Shown: one piece after another, positions 13,239-64,000 of the stretch
Layout of the letters: each line of letters starts with the position of its first letter
Numbering within the stretch: position 1 is the first letter of the stretch
Assembly: GCA_964016885.1 (NCBI GenBank)
Contig: OZ024742.1
Location: 223,572,001-223,636,000 of the forward strand
Reading direction: 5' to 3'
Source of the DNA: Eledone cirrhosa
Taxonomy: Eukaryota
Length of the DNA stretch: 64,000 nt
Notes under the pieces: model-generated
The model's input: the letters and a program-made list of their open reading frames with translations, nothing else
Told to the model about the DNA's origin: nothing
Database searches by the model: none
Program-made: the position numbers and the translations under genes

Positions 13239-15788
13239 TCATCATCATCATCATCATCATTTTACATCCGCTCTTCCCTGCTTGCAAGGGTGGGACGGGT
13301 CTTATTCAGCACAGCATCTCTCCACTTGTCACGGTCCTTCGTCATCTCCACTGTGAGCTTCAACGATCTGAGTTCTGTTCTCACCACCTCCGCCCATGTT
13401 TTTCGTGGTCTACCTCTACCACGTCTTCCTTCAACTGGCATTTACTGGCACTTCTTTACCCATCGGTCTTCCTCCATGCACATCACATGTCCATACCACC
13501 TCAGTCTCCTCTCCTGTACACTACATTCTATCCCTCTCAGACACAGTTTCTCTCTCAACACATTCATGCTGGGTCGTTCACGCGCATATTTACACTGCAC
13601 ATCCAACGGAGCATGCTTGCCTCATTTCTCTCCAGCCATCGCATATCCTCTGCAGTCGCTCCCCATGTCTCACTACCATGCAGTATCACACTCCTCACAT
13701 AGGCATCATACAACCGGCCTTTCGTACGCAGGGAGAAACCCTTCTTTGTCAGCAGAGGAAGCAGCTCCCTAAACTTCTTCCAACCCGTCCTTATTCTAGA
13801 TACTATGGCCTCGGAACACCCTCCTCCCATGCTAATCTGATCTCCTAGGTACCGGAAGCTATCCACCACTTCTATAACACCCTCCTGCATTTGAAAAATG
13901 TGTCTATCAATGCGACTTCTACTGTCAAATTTCCCTGTACATCTACTGCATACATATTTCTCCCTACCTGTTAGTTTGCCTGCTATCCTGCTACATCTCT
14001 TGTGTACTCAGGATCTGCATTATGTGCATTTTATAGAATTTATGCCAGTTCCTTTTCTGCATATCGAACATGGCCATTTCCCTGACGGAATCAGAGTTTT
14101 GTCCTCTTTTCTACTCATCAACACTTTTGTCTTAGCTTGGTTCACTCTCAGTCACTCTCAGACCACCAGATGACAGATCGGGGTACCCTATCAAAGGCCT
14201 TCTCTAGGTCAACAAAGGCTAAGTATAGTGGCTTATTCTTCTCTAAGAACCTCTCTTGCAATTGTCTCACCAAGAAGAGGGCATTTGTTGTACTCTTCCC
14301 AGGCACAAAACCAAACTGCATCTCATCTAGTTTGACCCTTTCTCTAATTAGTTGTGCTAATATCCTTTCTGCCACTTTCATAACCTGATCCATCAGTTTT
14401 ATACCCCTATAATTGCTCCTCTCCAGAGCATCCCCTTTACCTTTATAGCAATTTATGATAATACTGCTGCACCAGTCTTTGGGTATGACACCACCATATA
14501 TAGCCTGATTGATGATGCGTGCAACCAGTTTAGTGCCTACGTCCCCTGATGCCTTCAGCATCTCAGCAACTATTCCCGATGGTCCAGCAGCCTTACCATT
14601 TTTCATTTCCTTAATCACCTCTTGGACCCTATATTCGTCAATCTCAATAGCTGGTCCCTCTGTCGGATCTACTAAGGGTAATTTCTCTCTCTCCCATTCG
14701 TTCTCCACATTCATCAGTCTCTCATAATGACATTTCCAGGCCTCCTTTTTCTGATCATTCGTGACACTAAGTACACCGGCATCATTCCGGACACATTTAT
14801 CTCCAACAACATCCTGATTTGCATTGACACACTGCCTTGCAATGCTGAACACCGCACGCCTCTGATCTTCCCGTCGCAGAACATTGGCAAACCTCCTACT
14901 CTCTGCTTCCCTACGTGCTAAGTACACCTGACGTCTAGCTTCTCCCTTAGCGGCTGTATATTCTTCCCTACTCCCACCCTTTTTCCAAGCCTTCCATGCT
15001 AGTCTTTTGTCTCTAATGGCCTTATCTACTGTGCTGTTCCACGACCAGGTCACTCTCTGTCTGGTTGGAGCTCTGCTCCAGCCACAAGTTTCATCAGTAG
15101 CCTGCAGCAAGTTGTCACGTAAGAAATTCCAGTTATTATCTATGTCATACGTCTCTAAATCGTCTTCTTTTTCGTCACATACATCTTGAAGGGCTTTCCT
15201 AAATTTGTATTTTAGTGAAAGGTCTTTTAGCTTCCAGACCTTCCTGTATGTCTCATTCCATCTCTTGCTTACTGAGATATCACTAACGCCTAACCTATGC
15301 TGTGGTGTACATTCTTCCCCAGGGTATGCCTTGGTATTAGACACTGCCTGTCCCGCTGCCTGTCCCGCTGCCTAACTAATAAGAAGTCAATCTGGCTTAT
15401 GTGCTCACCAGATTTGTAGGTTATTAGGTGATTGGCAGGTTTCTGGAAGTTTGTGTTGCAAATAGTCAGTGTACTTGCATCACAAAATTCAAGAAGTCTC
15501 ACTCCTTCTTCAGTTCTTGAGCCGTAACTGTGCCCACCATGTACCCCAGTGTAACCATCCTGGAGCTGTCCAACATGACCAGTGAAGTCCCCTGCTAGCA
15601 TAACGATGTCTCCGTCCTCTGTCATTGCGGTTGTTTGTAAAAGTTGCTCGTAAAAGCAGTCTTTCTCAACTTGGCCTAGGCCTGCTTAGGGAGCATAGGC
15701 AGAGATGATTGTCAGTAGTCTCCTGCCTACAACTAATCTAAGCTTAATTATTTGATTACTAACTCGAACTACCTCTATTGTCTTATTG
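13237..15788 (-). mobile_element. 5'-truncated RTE family B copy with internal deletion
   Basis: APE and RT fragments; about 300 nt lost at 14154-14160; flanked by (TA)n. Confidence 0.93.
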
Positions 15789-15842
<54 letters not shown>

Positions 15843-16064
15843 CAATTAAGTTAAAAATGTACATCCACATATGTATACTGAAATACTAGTATGCATATGA
15901 ATACACACACGTGTACATATGTAGATGTACCGAGTTTTTCACTGGTCACTTTACTGTGAGTGTCCAGCTATTCTGTATGTAAACACGCAGACAAACCGGT
16001 TTTTAGAGTCATACTGGTTTTTGAGGAAACACCTTTCCTCTATTCTCCAGAAAGCCAGACAAGG

Positions 16065-16109
16065 AATATTGGACTAGTTTCGATGTTGTTACATCTCATC
16101 AGCAATATT
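16065..16109 (-). ncRNA. Minimal type I hammerhead ribozyme (copy 1)
   Basis: Minus strand reads AATATTG CTGATGA GATGT aaca ACATC GAAAC TA GTC CAATATT: perfect core, 7-bp stem I, 5-bp stem II, palindromic ACTAGT stem III, GUC cleavage triplet. Confidence 0.92.
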
Positions 16110-16530
16110 TACCTATCTTCCGGCCTTTCTAGAGAATCGTAAAATCACATATCGTTATATGCTTTTTCTATGAAAATTAGTAGTGGGCAGACTAATTTGC
16201 ATAGAGCGTAAGTACGTACCGGTTCAGCGGAGACGATAAAAACAAATAACGAAACGAAATTAAATTTCGTTTCGTTTGTAACTCACTTTTGTATGACTGA
16301 CGCTTAAACAATTAAGTTAAAAATGTACATCCACATATGTATACTGAAATACTAGTATGCATATGAATACACACACGTGTACATATGTAGATGTACCGAG
16401 TTTTTCACTGGTCACTTTACTGTGAGTGTCCAGCTATTCTGTATGTAAACACGCAGACAAACCGGTTTTTAGAGTCATACTGGTTTTTGAGGAAACACCT
16501 TTCCTCTATTCTCCAGAAAGCCAGACAAGG

Positions 16531-16575
16531 AATATTGGACTAGTTTCGATGTTGTTACATCTCATCAGCAATATT
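16531..16575 (-). ncRNA. Minimal type I hammerhead ribozyme (copy 2)
   Basis: Identical to 16065-16109, exactly 466 nt away. Confidence 0.92.
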
Positions 16576-16832
16576 TACCTATCTTCCGGCCTTTCTAGAG
16601 AATCGTAAAAGCACATATCGTTATATGCTTTTTCTATGAAAATTAGTAGTGGGCAGACTAATTTGCATGAAAAACTCGGTACATCTACATATGTACACGT
16701 GTGTGTATTCATATGCATACTAGTATTTCAGTATACATATGTGGATGTACATTTTTAACTTAATTGTTTAAGCGTCAGTCATACAAAAGTGAGTTACAAA
16801 CGAAACGAAATTTAATTTCGTTTCGTTATTTG

Positions 16833-16897
<65 letters not shown>

Positions 16898-17916
16898 TCA
16901 TCATCATCATCATCATCACCGTTTTACGTCCGTTCTTCCACGCTAGCATGGGTTAGACGGGTTGTCCTGTTGTGGGCAGTGTCTGGTCGGCTGACCATGC
17001 CTTGCTCATACAGGAACTGATAACAAATGTAATTACTACATCTTAGATTGCATAAGAGTAGCCATTGAAATAATTAAAATGAATAAACGCTTTATATAAT
17101 CACAGCATCTTCCTTCATGTTATTCTTTTATAAATATATAAGTATATATACTTTTTTTTGTCGTCTTAACACTTCATCCAGTTTAATGCTACTACATGGC
17201 CCTTCTCCTACTGCAAGTTTTAGAAGCCTTCTTTCTCTTACTATAAACCCTCATCATCCTTTTACATCTGCTTTCCATGCTGGCATGGGTTGGTTGGGTT
17301 GTCATGGTCTGAGACCATATGGGTTAGAGTGACCTCACTTTGCTCATTACATTCCATATGTGGTATGGTTTCTTTGACTCAATGCCCAACCTATCGCCAA
17401 CAACTTTACAGAGTGTACTGGGTACATTTTATCATGACACCAGCACTAACACTTTACAGAGTATCCTGAGTACATTTTATTGTGTCACTATCACTAGAGA
17501 GATTGTTACATATTCATCCAGACTGACGAGCCTTCTCAAACCTTATATTGTCTTCATTTCATTGCCAAACACTGTATCCTCTGGTCTCTTATCACATTTA
17601 ATTTTAGTGTTCATAAAAATATGAGTCATAGTGCAACGTGACTCGAAGTGACTTGAGTACAATAAAGGATATTCCTAACATAGGAACTATGGTTATTACT
17701 TACAGATTATACTTTTCATAAATTGACACTTCAAAGTTTTTTCACTGTCCTCATTGAAAGGAAAGGAAATGAAATTTACAGCTCACAGCTGTGTAAGTTT
17801 AACTGACTTCCCACGAGGTTGCAGCCTATAGGATGTTTGTTGGGTGTTAGCTCATACCTATCTAGGTTTAACTAGCTTCCAACGAGGTTACTTCCCAAAT
17901 AGGTTTCTTGGGTGTT

Positions 17917-18145
17917 TTAATCCTTTAGCATTTAAGCTAGCCATATCTAGCAAGAATTCTCTCACCTCTTTCTCTTCAAACTGGCTGTAACTGGCCACTC
18001 ATACTGATATTGAGGTAATGTTCTCAAAATAAATAATATGAAAATCTCATAGATTTGATATTATGTGAGAAAATTATGTGGGGTAAAGCCTTTACCATGA
18101 AAATATAATAGTATATATAGAATAATGTAAATGCTAAAGGATTAA
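17917..18145. mobile_element. piggyBac-like MITE
   Basis: TTAA flanks and CCTTTAGCATTTA terminal inverted repeats. Confidence 0.75.
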
Positions 18146-18727
18146 TGATAGGGGCCTCCCAGACATCATGAAAAGCAATGTGAAATGAAACTCCTTTCTC
18201 ACAAACACAATATGCCACCAGTCCAAGATTCAAACCCATAACCTTATGACCATGAGTCCAATACATTAACCACCAAATCACGTGCCTTCACTTATTTGTT
18301 ACAGACTAAAATTCTCATAAATTGAAATGAAACTACAAGGTTTTCCTCATTGTCCATATTGTATTATGTTAACCAAGACAATAAGTCAACAGCAATTTAA
18401 ATGGTTTTGATTATTTTTTTTATTGATATTCAACGTTTTTGCTTTCCCCTCAAATATAAGAAGAGTTTGAAATTCCATTTTCTGGGAAACAACTGCCTCA
18501 TTGTGAAGTCAACCATTATGAATATTTATAATCGTTTTATCTGAATAATAAAGGTTCTGAAAATGTTCATGTGTGTGTCTTGGTATGTATATGTATGTAT
18601 GTATATATACATATACATACATACATAAACACACATCATCATCATCATTTTAGTCCGCTCTTCCCTTCTTGCAAGGGTGGGACAACACACATACATACAA
18701 ATACATGCATATATATATACATAAATA

Positions 18728-18759
<32 letters not shown>

Positions 18760-20775
18760 ATGTGTGTGTGTGTGTGTGTATTTGTATGTACATATAATTT
18801 TTACTTTTTTTTACTTAATAGGTATATCTTTTATATAGGAAATGCACAAAAGACTTTTTTTATGACATTTTGTTAAAATAATATAATATAAGAGTGGGAA
18901 TATATGTTTTTTTTTATATTAATTGTTAAGAATACCCATGAATAAAATGATGCAAGCCTGTTTAGGATAATGGACCTATTGTTATGAAAGTAGAATTTCT
19001 TCCAAATTGAGGAGGTATAAATAAGCTGTTTGACAAGTCTTCTCCGTCTTGTTAACTTTTGGACAGGTAAGAAAAGACTTATTTTTTTGTCGCATTCATG
19101 TTGTAACTGAAAACTTTTCATCAGTTGAGGTTTTTGGGGAGACTCTAACTTTAACCCTTTTGTTACCATATATCTAAGGCAACCAACTACCTATATGCTT
19201 CAATTAATTTGGAAAATAATCAAATCATTTGATGGAATTTAGTAAAATATGCATTTTTTTCATTGGAGTGGACTTCTGTCAGTTTCCATGATGTATGTTC
19301 CAGTTATTTGATCAATGGAATAATTAGCTCATGAAATTAATGTGTAAGTGGCTGAGCATTCCATAAATATGTGCACCCTTAGTATAATTCTCAGGAAGAT
19401 TCAGTGTGACAAAGCTTTCCTTTTGAATTTGATGGGCTTCCAAACAAACCTAACATTATGGTAAATGAATAACACATGCCCAAGATGCCATGCAGTGAGA
19501 TCAAACCTGGGACCTTATGATTGTGAAACAAACTGCTTACTCATTTGGCCATGTTGTATCCAGATTTTTTTATTAGTAAGCTGATGTTTGAAATATTATC
19601 TAACAGAGGGTTCTCAAATAGAATTATATTAGGAGGTTTTGATATAATTATGATCAGTTTCAGGTAGTTTGAGAAAAAATGTTTAAATCATATTTTGTTT
19701 CTAAATAAATATTTATTGACCAAATTTTTACAATATTTTCATTAAATACTCTTTTTATTGTTGCATTCATGTTCAAACTAAAATCTTCAATCAGTTGAGA
19801 TTTTGAGGGAGAGTTTTCTTCTTCACCTTCTTCTATACCCACCTATTCCTGAGAGGATCATGTAGGTAAAGTCCTCAAACACTTCTTCCAGTTGGTCCTG
19901 TCAGAAGCAACCATCTCCAATTTATCCAGCTGGATTCCCAAACAAGACCAACTAAGCTCGGTTTTGCCCGTAAAATATGTCAAGCAATTCTTTCCTGAGA
20001 CAGTCTAACCACATGCCTGTAGTATCAGAGCTGTGATCTCTCAATTTGGAGAAGTAGCAGCTCTACCTGGAACGACTCTGATCTCCAAACTATGCACTCT
20101 ATCAAGTAATGTTACTCCAAGAACTTTTTGGAGGAACCCACTACGGACACTTGTATTTTAAAATTATGTTTTAGTCAGTAGACTACAGCCATGCTGGGAC
20201 ACTGCCTTGATTATGTCAATCATATCAACCACAGTATTTTCTTTTTTCAAGTTTAGTACTCCTTTTGTAAATCTCTCTTTTGTTGAACTGCTAAGTTACA
20301 GGATATAAACACAGACACAGATACAAACATAAACACAGGTAAACACACACACACACATCGTTATCATTATGATCATTCAATGTTCATTTTCCTTGCTAGC
20401 ACGGGTTGGTTGGGTTGTTAGTGAGCAAATTGTGAAAATTTGCAGTATTAGATTAAAGATTTTTATTTTTAATGCCATTCAGTCATAGTGCTGTTTTAAC
20501 CTGTTCAAGAATGTCTTGCTAATGTGGGTCCGTGTGTGTGTGTGGGTACCTATGTTTGTTTATATTTGTGTGTTTATTTATTTCATGCAACTTAGCAGTT
20601 CAATAAAAGGAGATAGATTAAATAAGTACCAGACTTGATAAAAAATAGTACTGGGGTTGATACAATCGGCTAAATCAAGGCAGTGCTTCAGCTTGTTTGC
20701 ATTCTAATCACTGAAACTATTAAAAGGATAACAGAATATGTACTTTTTTAATGAAAAGGATTGAAAAAATGGTAT

Positions 20776-20776
<1 letters not shown>

Positions 20777-20807
<31 letters not shown>

Positions 20808-22041
20808 TTTACGTCCGCTTTTCCCTGCTTGCAAGGGTGGGACGGGTCTTATTCAGCACAGCATCTCTCCACTCGTCACGGTCCCTCGTCATCTCCACCG
20901 TGAGCTTCAATGATCTGAGGTCTGTTCTCACCACCTCCGCCCATGTTTTTCGTGATCTACCTCTACCACGTCTTCCTTCAACTGGCATTTCCTGGCACTT
21001 CTTCACCCATCGGTCATCCTCCATGCGCATCACATGTCCATACCACCTCAGTCTCCTCTCCCGTACACTACATTCTATCCCTCTCAGACACAGTTTCTCT
21101 CTCAACACATTTATGCTGGGTCGTTCACGCACATTTACACTGCACATCCAACGAAAATGCTTGCCTCATTTCTCTCCAGCCGTCGCATATCCTCTGCGGT
21201 TGCTGCCCATGTCTCACTACCATGCAGCATCGCGCTCCTCACACAGGCATCATACAACCGGCCTTTCGTATGCAGGGAGAAACCCTTCTTCGTCAACAGA
21301 GGAAGCAGCTCCCTAAACTTCTTCCAACCCATCCTTATTCTAGATACTATGGCCTCGGAACACCCTCCTCCCATGCTAATCTGATCTCCTAGGTACCGGA
21401 AGCTATCCACCACTTCTATAGCGCCCTCTCGCATTTGAAAAATGTGTCTATCAGTGCGACTTCTACTGTCTAATTTCCCTGTACATCTACTGCATACATA
21501 TTTCTCCCTACCTGTTAGTTTGCCTGCTATCCCGCTACATCTCTTGTGTACCCAGGACCTGCATTGTGTGCATTTTATAGAATTTATGCCAGTTCCTTTT
21601 CTGCATATCGAACATGGCCATTTCCCTGACGGAATCAGGGTTTTGTCCTCTTTTCTACTCATCAACACTTTTGTCTTAGCTAGATTTACTCTCAGTCCTC
21701 TTGCTTCCAACTGCTGTTTCCATAGCCGGAATTTATTCTCTAGCTCCTCTACTGATTCTTTGTAGCAATTTATGATAATACTGCTGCACCAGTCTTTGGG
21801 TATGACACCACCATATATAGCCTGATTGATGATGCGTGCAACCAGTTTAGTGCCTACGTCCCCTGATGCCTTCAGCATCTCAGCAACTATTCCCGATGGT
21901 CCGGCCGCCTTACCATTTTTCATTTCCCTAATCGCCTCTTGGACCCTATATTCGTCAATCTCAATAGCTGGTCCCTCTGTCGGATCTACCAAGGGTAATT
22001 TCTCTCTCTCCCATTCGTTCTCCACATTCATCAGTCTCTCA
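20777..22041 (-). mobile_element. RTE family B copy lacking the 525-nt RT core (junction 21757/21758)
   Basis: ORF 21135-22031 reads NCYK-ESVEELE in frame; compared with the copy at 1529-3278. Confidence 0.93.
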
Positions 22042-22214
22042 TATATATAGAAATATAAATATATACAGAGTGTCCCAAAAATGTATACACTCTTTGCTTA
22101 TTTATACAGGCAATATTAATTAGAATGCACAGCCTTTCCCCAAAATAAAATGATCTATAGACATAATTCAATTGCATGTAAACACCCCAAATTGTTTACA
22201 AATTTAAATAATTG

Positions 22215-22545
22215 TTATTTTATCGAACCCGTAAGGATGAAAGGCAAAGTTAACCTCGGCGGGATTTGAACTCAGTCCGTAAAGGGACGTAACTGTGCTG
22301 CAAAGCATGGCGTCCGACCCTCTACCGATACTGCCAATCCACCGCCCTCATAATTTAAATAATTGTTTCTACTTTAGGCACAAGGCCAGCAATTACCCAG
22401 TGCATTACTGGTACTTTATTTTATCGACCCCGTAAGGATGAAAGGCAAAGTCAACCTCGGCGGGATTTGAACTCAGATCGTAAAGGGACGTAACTATGCT
22501 GGAAAGCATGACGTCCGACCCTCTACCGATACTGCCAATCCACTT
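22215..22545 (-). mobile_element. Two tandem copies of the same SINE
   Basis: Reverse complement of 715-897, partially duplicated. Confidence 0.75.
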
Positions 22546-23368
22546 AAATAATGCATATAAAATAGAGAAAGAGGGAATAGAATTAAATGTGATTCTGATA
22601 TTACTTTCTTTAAAAATCCTGAAAACGTATAAGTAATTTAATAGTTTAGCTTATATGAAACATTATAAAGGTGTGTAGCCCAGTGGTTAAGATGTTGGAC
22701 TCAAGGCCATAGGTTGATTCCCTTTACATTGCTTTTCCTAATACGACTGGAACCCCTATCATTAATACACCATAGAAACCTCCTATGAGATACAATCTTG
22801 TAGGAGGACCTCTAAATCTACATAGGCGTGAGCTGTAACAATAATTAATATGTGTGTATGATAGAACTGAGGCTCATATCATTAAAACATCTGAGAAACC
22901 TCCTATAAGATGCAACCTAGAAGGATCTATATAGGTATAAGCAGTAAATTTCATTTCATTTTTATTTTCATTGTGAGATATGTGATTAGGTTGTTTTAGA
23001 AAAGCTAATACAATGCAAGTTAAAAGATATATAGAGGAAGAACCTACCCCAGTACTGAACTAATACTTTTTATTAACCCCAAAAGGTTGAAAGGCAAACT
23101 TGATTTTGGTAGATTTTGAACTCTGGGTACAGTGAGGCAGAATAAATACTGCAAAGCATTCTATCTGACAACTCTGCCAATTCACTGACTAATTTATATA
23201 TGCACCCTTTAAAATGGGTCGATTTGTTTCATAAAACAAAAGATGGTTTTGGCCGGATTGCTATCAAAAGGGTTAAAAACCAACATAACTTTTTCAATAA
23301 CCCTGTATTTCATTTTCTCCCTTTATTTTCCATAGATACAACCCTCTTTATAACGAATACCAGACATC

Positions 23369-61715
<38,347 letters not shown>

Positions 61716-61774
61716 GAAGTTTTTGGAAATGTACTGATTTCTTCAGTTTAAAATAATTCTCGAATTATTCTGAA

Positions 61775-61780
61775 AATAAA
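61775..61780 (+). promoter_or_regulatory. Polyadenylation signal AATAAA of the spliced gene
   Basis: Canonical hexamer 60 nt after the stop codon, followed by T-rich sequence. Confidence 0.6.
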
Positions 61781-62389
61781 CAGATCTTATCTTTCATAAA
61801 CAGTCTTAACTTTTTCTTTTTTATTATTCTATAATCTAAGCTGTGTGAACATTTTTGTTAAAGATGTGATTTTTCACCTGAGTACAATACCTTTTTTATT
61901 GGCACAAGTGAAGGTGCATGATCAAGTGTTAGACACAGGATCATAAGGCCGTGGGTTCAATTCTTGGACCAAGTGGTGTGTTGTGCTCTCGATCAAGACA
62001 TGTTGATTTTCATGATAGGACTGTGGACCCTATCATTAAAATACTCGAGAAACCCTTTACACAATACAACCTCATAGAAGGCCAGCTAAATCTGCATATG
62101 TGTGATCTGTAAATTTCATTCAATGGTACAAGGACAAATGAATTTGTTCAAAATAATAACATTGAAATCATGCTACCAAATTCCAAAATTAATATCATCA
62201 TAATTGTTTTATATTCCCTTTCCATACTGGCATGGATTGGATTGGCCATTATGGTCTGAGTCAGTTCTTATTTGAAGTTAAAAGTGTCAAGAAGACCATG
62301 TCTCACTTGTATGTTCCAATTTTGAGCATGTTTTTTACAACTGGTTGCCTTGAAAAATTTAACAACCTCCCATCAATAACAACAATGGA

Positions 62390-62715
62390 GTTAAAGGCGA
62401 GCAAGGCACTTCACCCTGAGCAGATACAAACTAAGCAGTGTGGCAATGCCTAAACCGACTAAGATCTGGTGTTGGACGTGCAAAGGTCACTCATGCAAAA
62501 TGGGAATATTTAAAGGATGCGGACGTTGTGTGTGACTGCGGCATCGAACCACAGGCTACGCAGCAACTCCTGATATGCCCCCTGCTGGAACACCCCTGCA
62601 CAGCATTGGACCTAGCAGAGTTTAATGAGAAAGGACAGCAATGTGTTTAACTGTGGTAGAACTACATCTAGCTAGGCTTTGTAACTGACACTCTTACGGA
62701 CACAACAAGAAGAAG
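62390..62715 (+). mobile_element. Vingi/Ingi-like LINE 3' fragment
   Basis: WQCLNRLRSGVGR..KW..CDCG..Q....L..CP C-terminal zinc-knuckle region with a short GAA tail. Confidence 0.7.
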
Positions 62716-64000
62716 CCTTGTGTAACACTAACCACTTAACCGTGTACTGAGTGCATTTTATCACGGCACCAGCACAAGAGACGTTGTCATGTCTTTGATA
62801 TAACTAAAACTCCCTATATACCCTACATTGTGTACCCTAGCTATCACTAACCAGTTTATAATGAGTACTGGGTGCATTTTATTATAGTACTAGCACTACC
62901 ACTTTACAGAGTGTACTAGGTGCATTTTATAATGGCACCAACACTAGAGAGGTTTTCATGTCCTCTACAAGACAAAAGCGCACTATCTCCCCAACTGCTG
63001 TATCCCCTTCTTAATGCTAACAACTATACAGAGTATACTGGGTCTATTTTATCATGGTAGCAACGATTATGAAAGTGGTAAAAGTCTAGCACAGGATATC
63101 TCAAATTTTTACTTGATAGACGTCTTATAACAAAATTTAATTTCTATTCAGCTCCACACACGAATTAATGGAATATAAGATTGCAACAATAATTTATCCA
63201 TTTTTAATAAAACTTATACAATCTCATGATATTTTATAATTCAGTATTTTTATAATTTAATTTGTTTAAAATATAATTTATTTCTATCATCATTGTGACC
63301 ACAGTCACACATATTTGTTTTTCAGTTGCTAATTCGAACAAGGGGCGCAACTCCTTTTGTAAATCTGTAGTTCTCTACTAAATGGAAAGTGTGAGCCTAT
63401 ACATTGTCAAAACAAATGATCGTCTGCTCAGCCACTATGTCCCTTGTACCAATACAACAGTTTGTCATTGTCTGCTCAGCTGCAATGTCCCTTGTCCCAA
63501 TACAACAGTTTGTCATTGTCTGCCAGCTTGAACTACTGTATACCCACAGGAAATATACAGGTTTATGAATATTGACTCGTTTCCATTGTATCACTGGTGG
63601 GGGTAGATGAATGGGTACTATGCCTTGCCAAAGGGCAACCCACAGCTATGCAAACCATGGTCGTCACTTTGTGAGGTATTCATAAGAATTTGTAAGTCAC
63701 TAGACCACCAGCAAACCGTTGGGTCATGTTCGCTTAAAAGTATTTAAAATCATGTTTACTCACAAATATTTAAATAAATAAAATATACACAGACATGTAT
63801 CATCATCATCATCATCATTTTACACCCGCTTTTCCCTGCTTGCAAGAGTGGGACGGGTCCTATTCAGCACGGCATCTCTCCACTTGTAAAATGAAATTGG
63901 AAGACGCAGATATATATATATGTAGGATGTATAAAATGTGTATATATGGAATATATATGTGTATGTATGTATATATATATAAAATGTATGGAGAATATAT

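Larger units (their letters stand above)
15841..16839 (-). mobile_element. Non-coding HHR-bearing tandem element (retrozyme-like or PLE pLTR-derived), about 1.8 x 466 bp plus a 172-bp inverted segment
   Basis: Direct repeat with period 466; 16668-16839 is the reverse complement of 16236-16407; (TA)n on both sides; no recognisable protein ORF. Confidence 0.8.

Noticed and set aside
15960-16608. Duplicated 60-aa ORF MSSYSVCKHADK
   Set aside because: Non-ATG start, antisense to the HHR, and a simple consequence of the 466-bp repeat
19845-20135. Minus-strand host exon
   Set aside because: Translates to a stop-ridden RTE-like C-terminus (IERSQL..RHVVR), so a decayed LINE
22556-22640. TATA box and first non-coding exon of the spliced gene
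   Set aside because: TATAAAA and weak donors are too common in this AT-rich DNA to support a call

Overview
AT-rich, repeat-dense animal genomic DNA. The RTE LINEs with (GAT)n tails, tRNA-derived SINEs and very abundant (TA)n suggest a cephalopod/octopus, which is inference. Most entries in the ORF track are transposon fragments or microsatellite artefacts. Reading splice signals by eye recovers a 12-coding-exon + strand gene (23369-61715, 1140 nt CDS, 379 aa, all GT-AG with consistent phases). It encodes a signal peptide, 13 P-[E/K]-W-[R/K]-P-x hexapeptide repeats, a Pro/Tyr-rich linker and a glycosylated C-terminal domain resembling the transcobalamin beta-domain (DUF4430-like). The window also holds eight hammerhead-ribozyme (HHR) motifs, some degenerate or partial. 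Two are perfect minimal type I HHRs in a 466-bp tandem, retrozyme-like unit; several others lie in Penelope-like element (PLE) 3' regions and have atypical cores. Also present: a near-intact RTE LINE with one in-frame TGA, an RTE copy whose RT core was removed exactly at GT..AG, several fold-back inversions next to (TA)n, MITEs and satellites.
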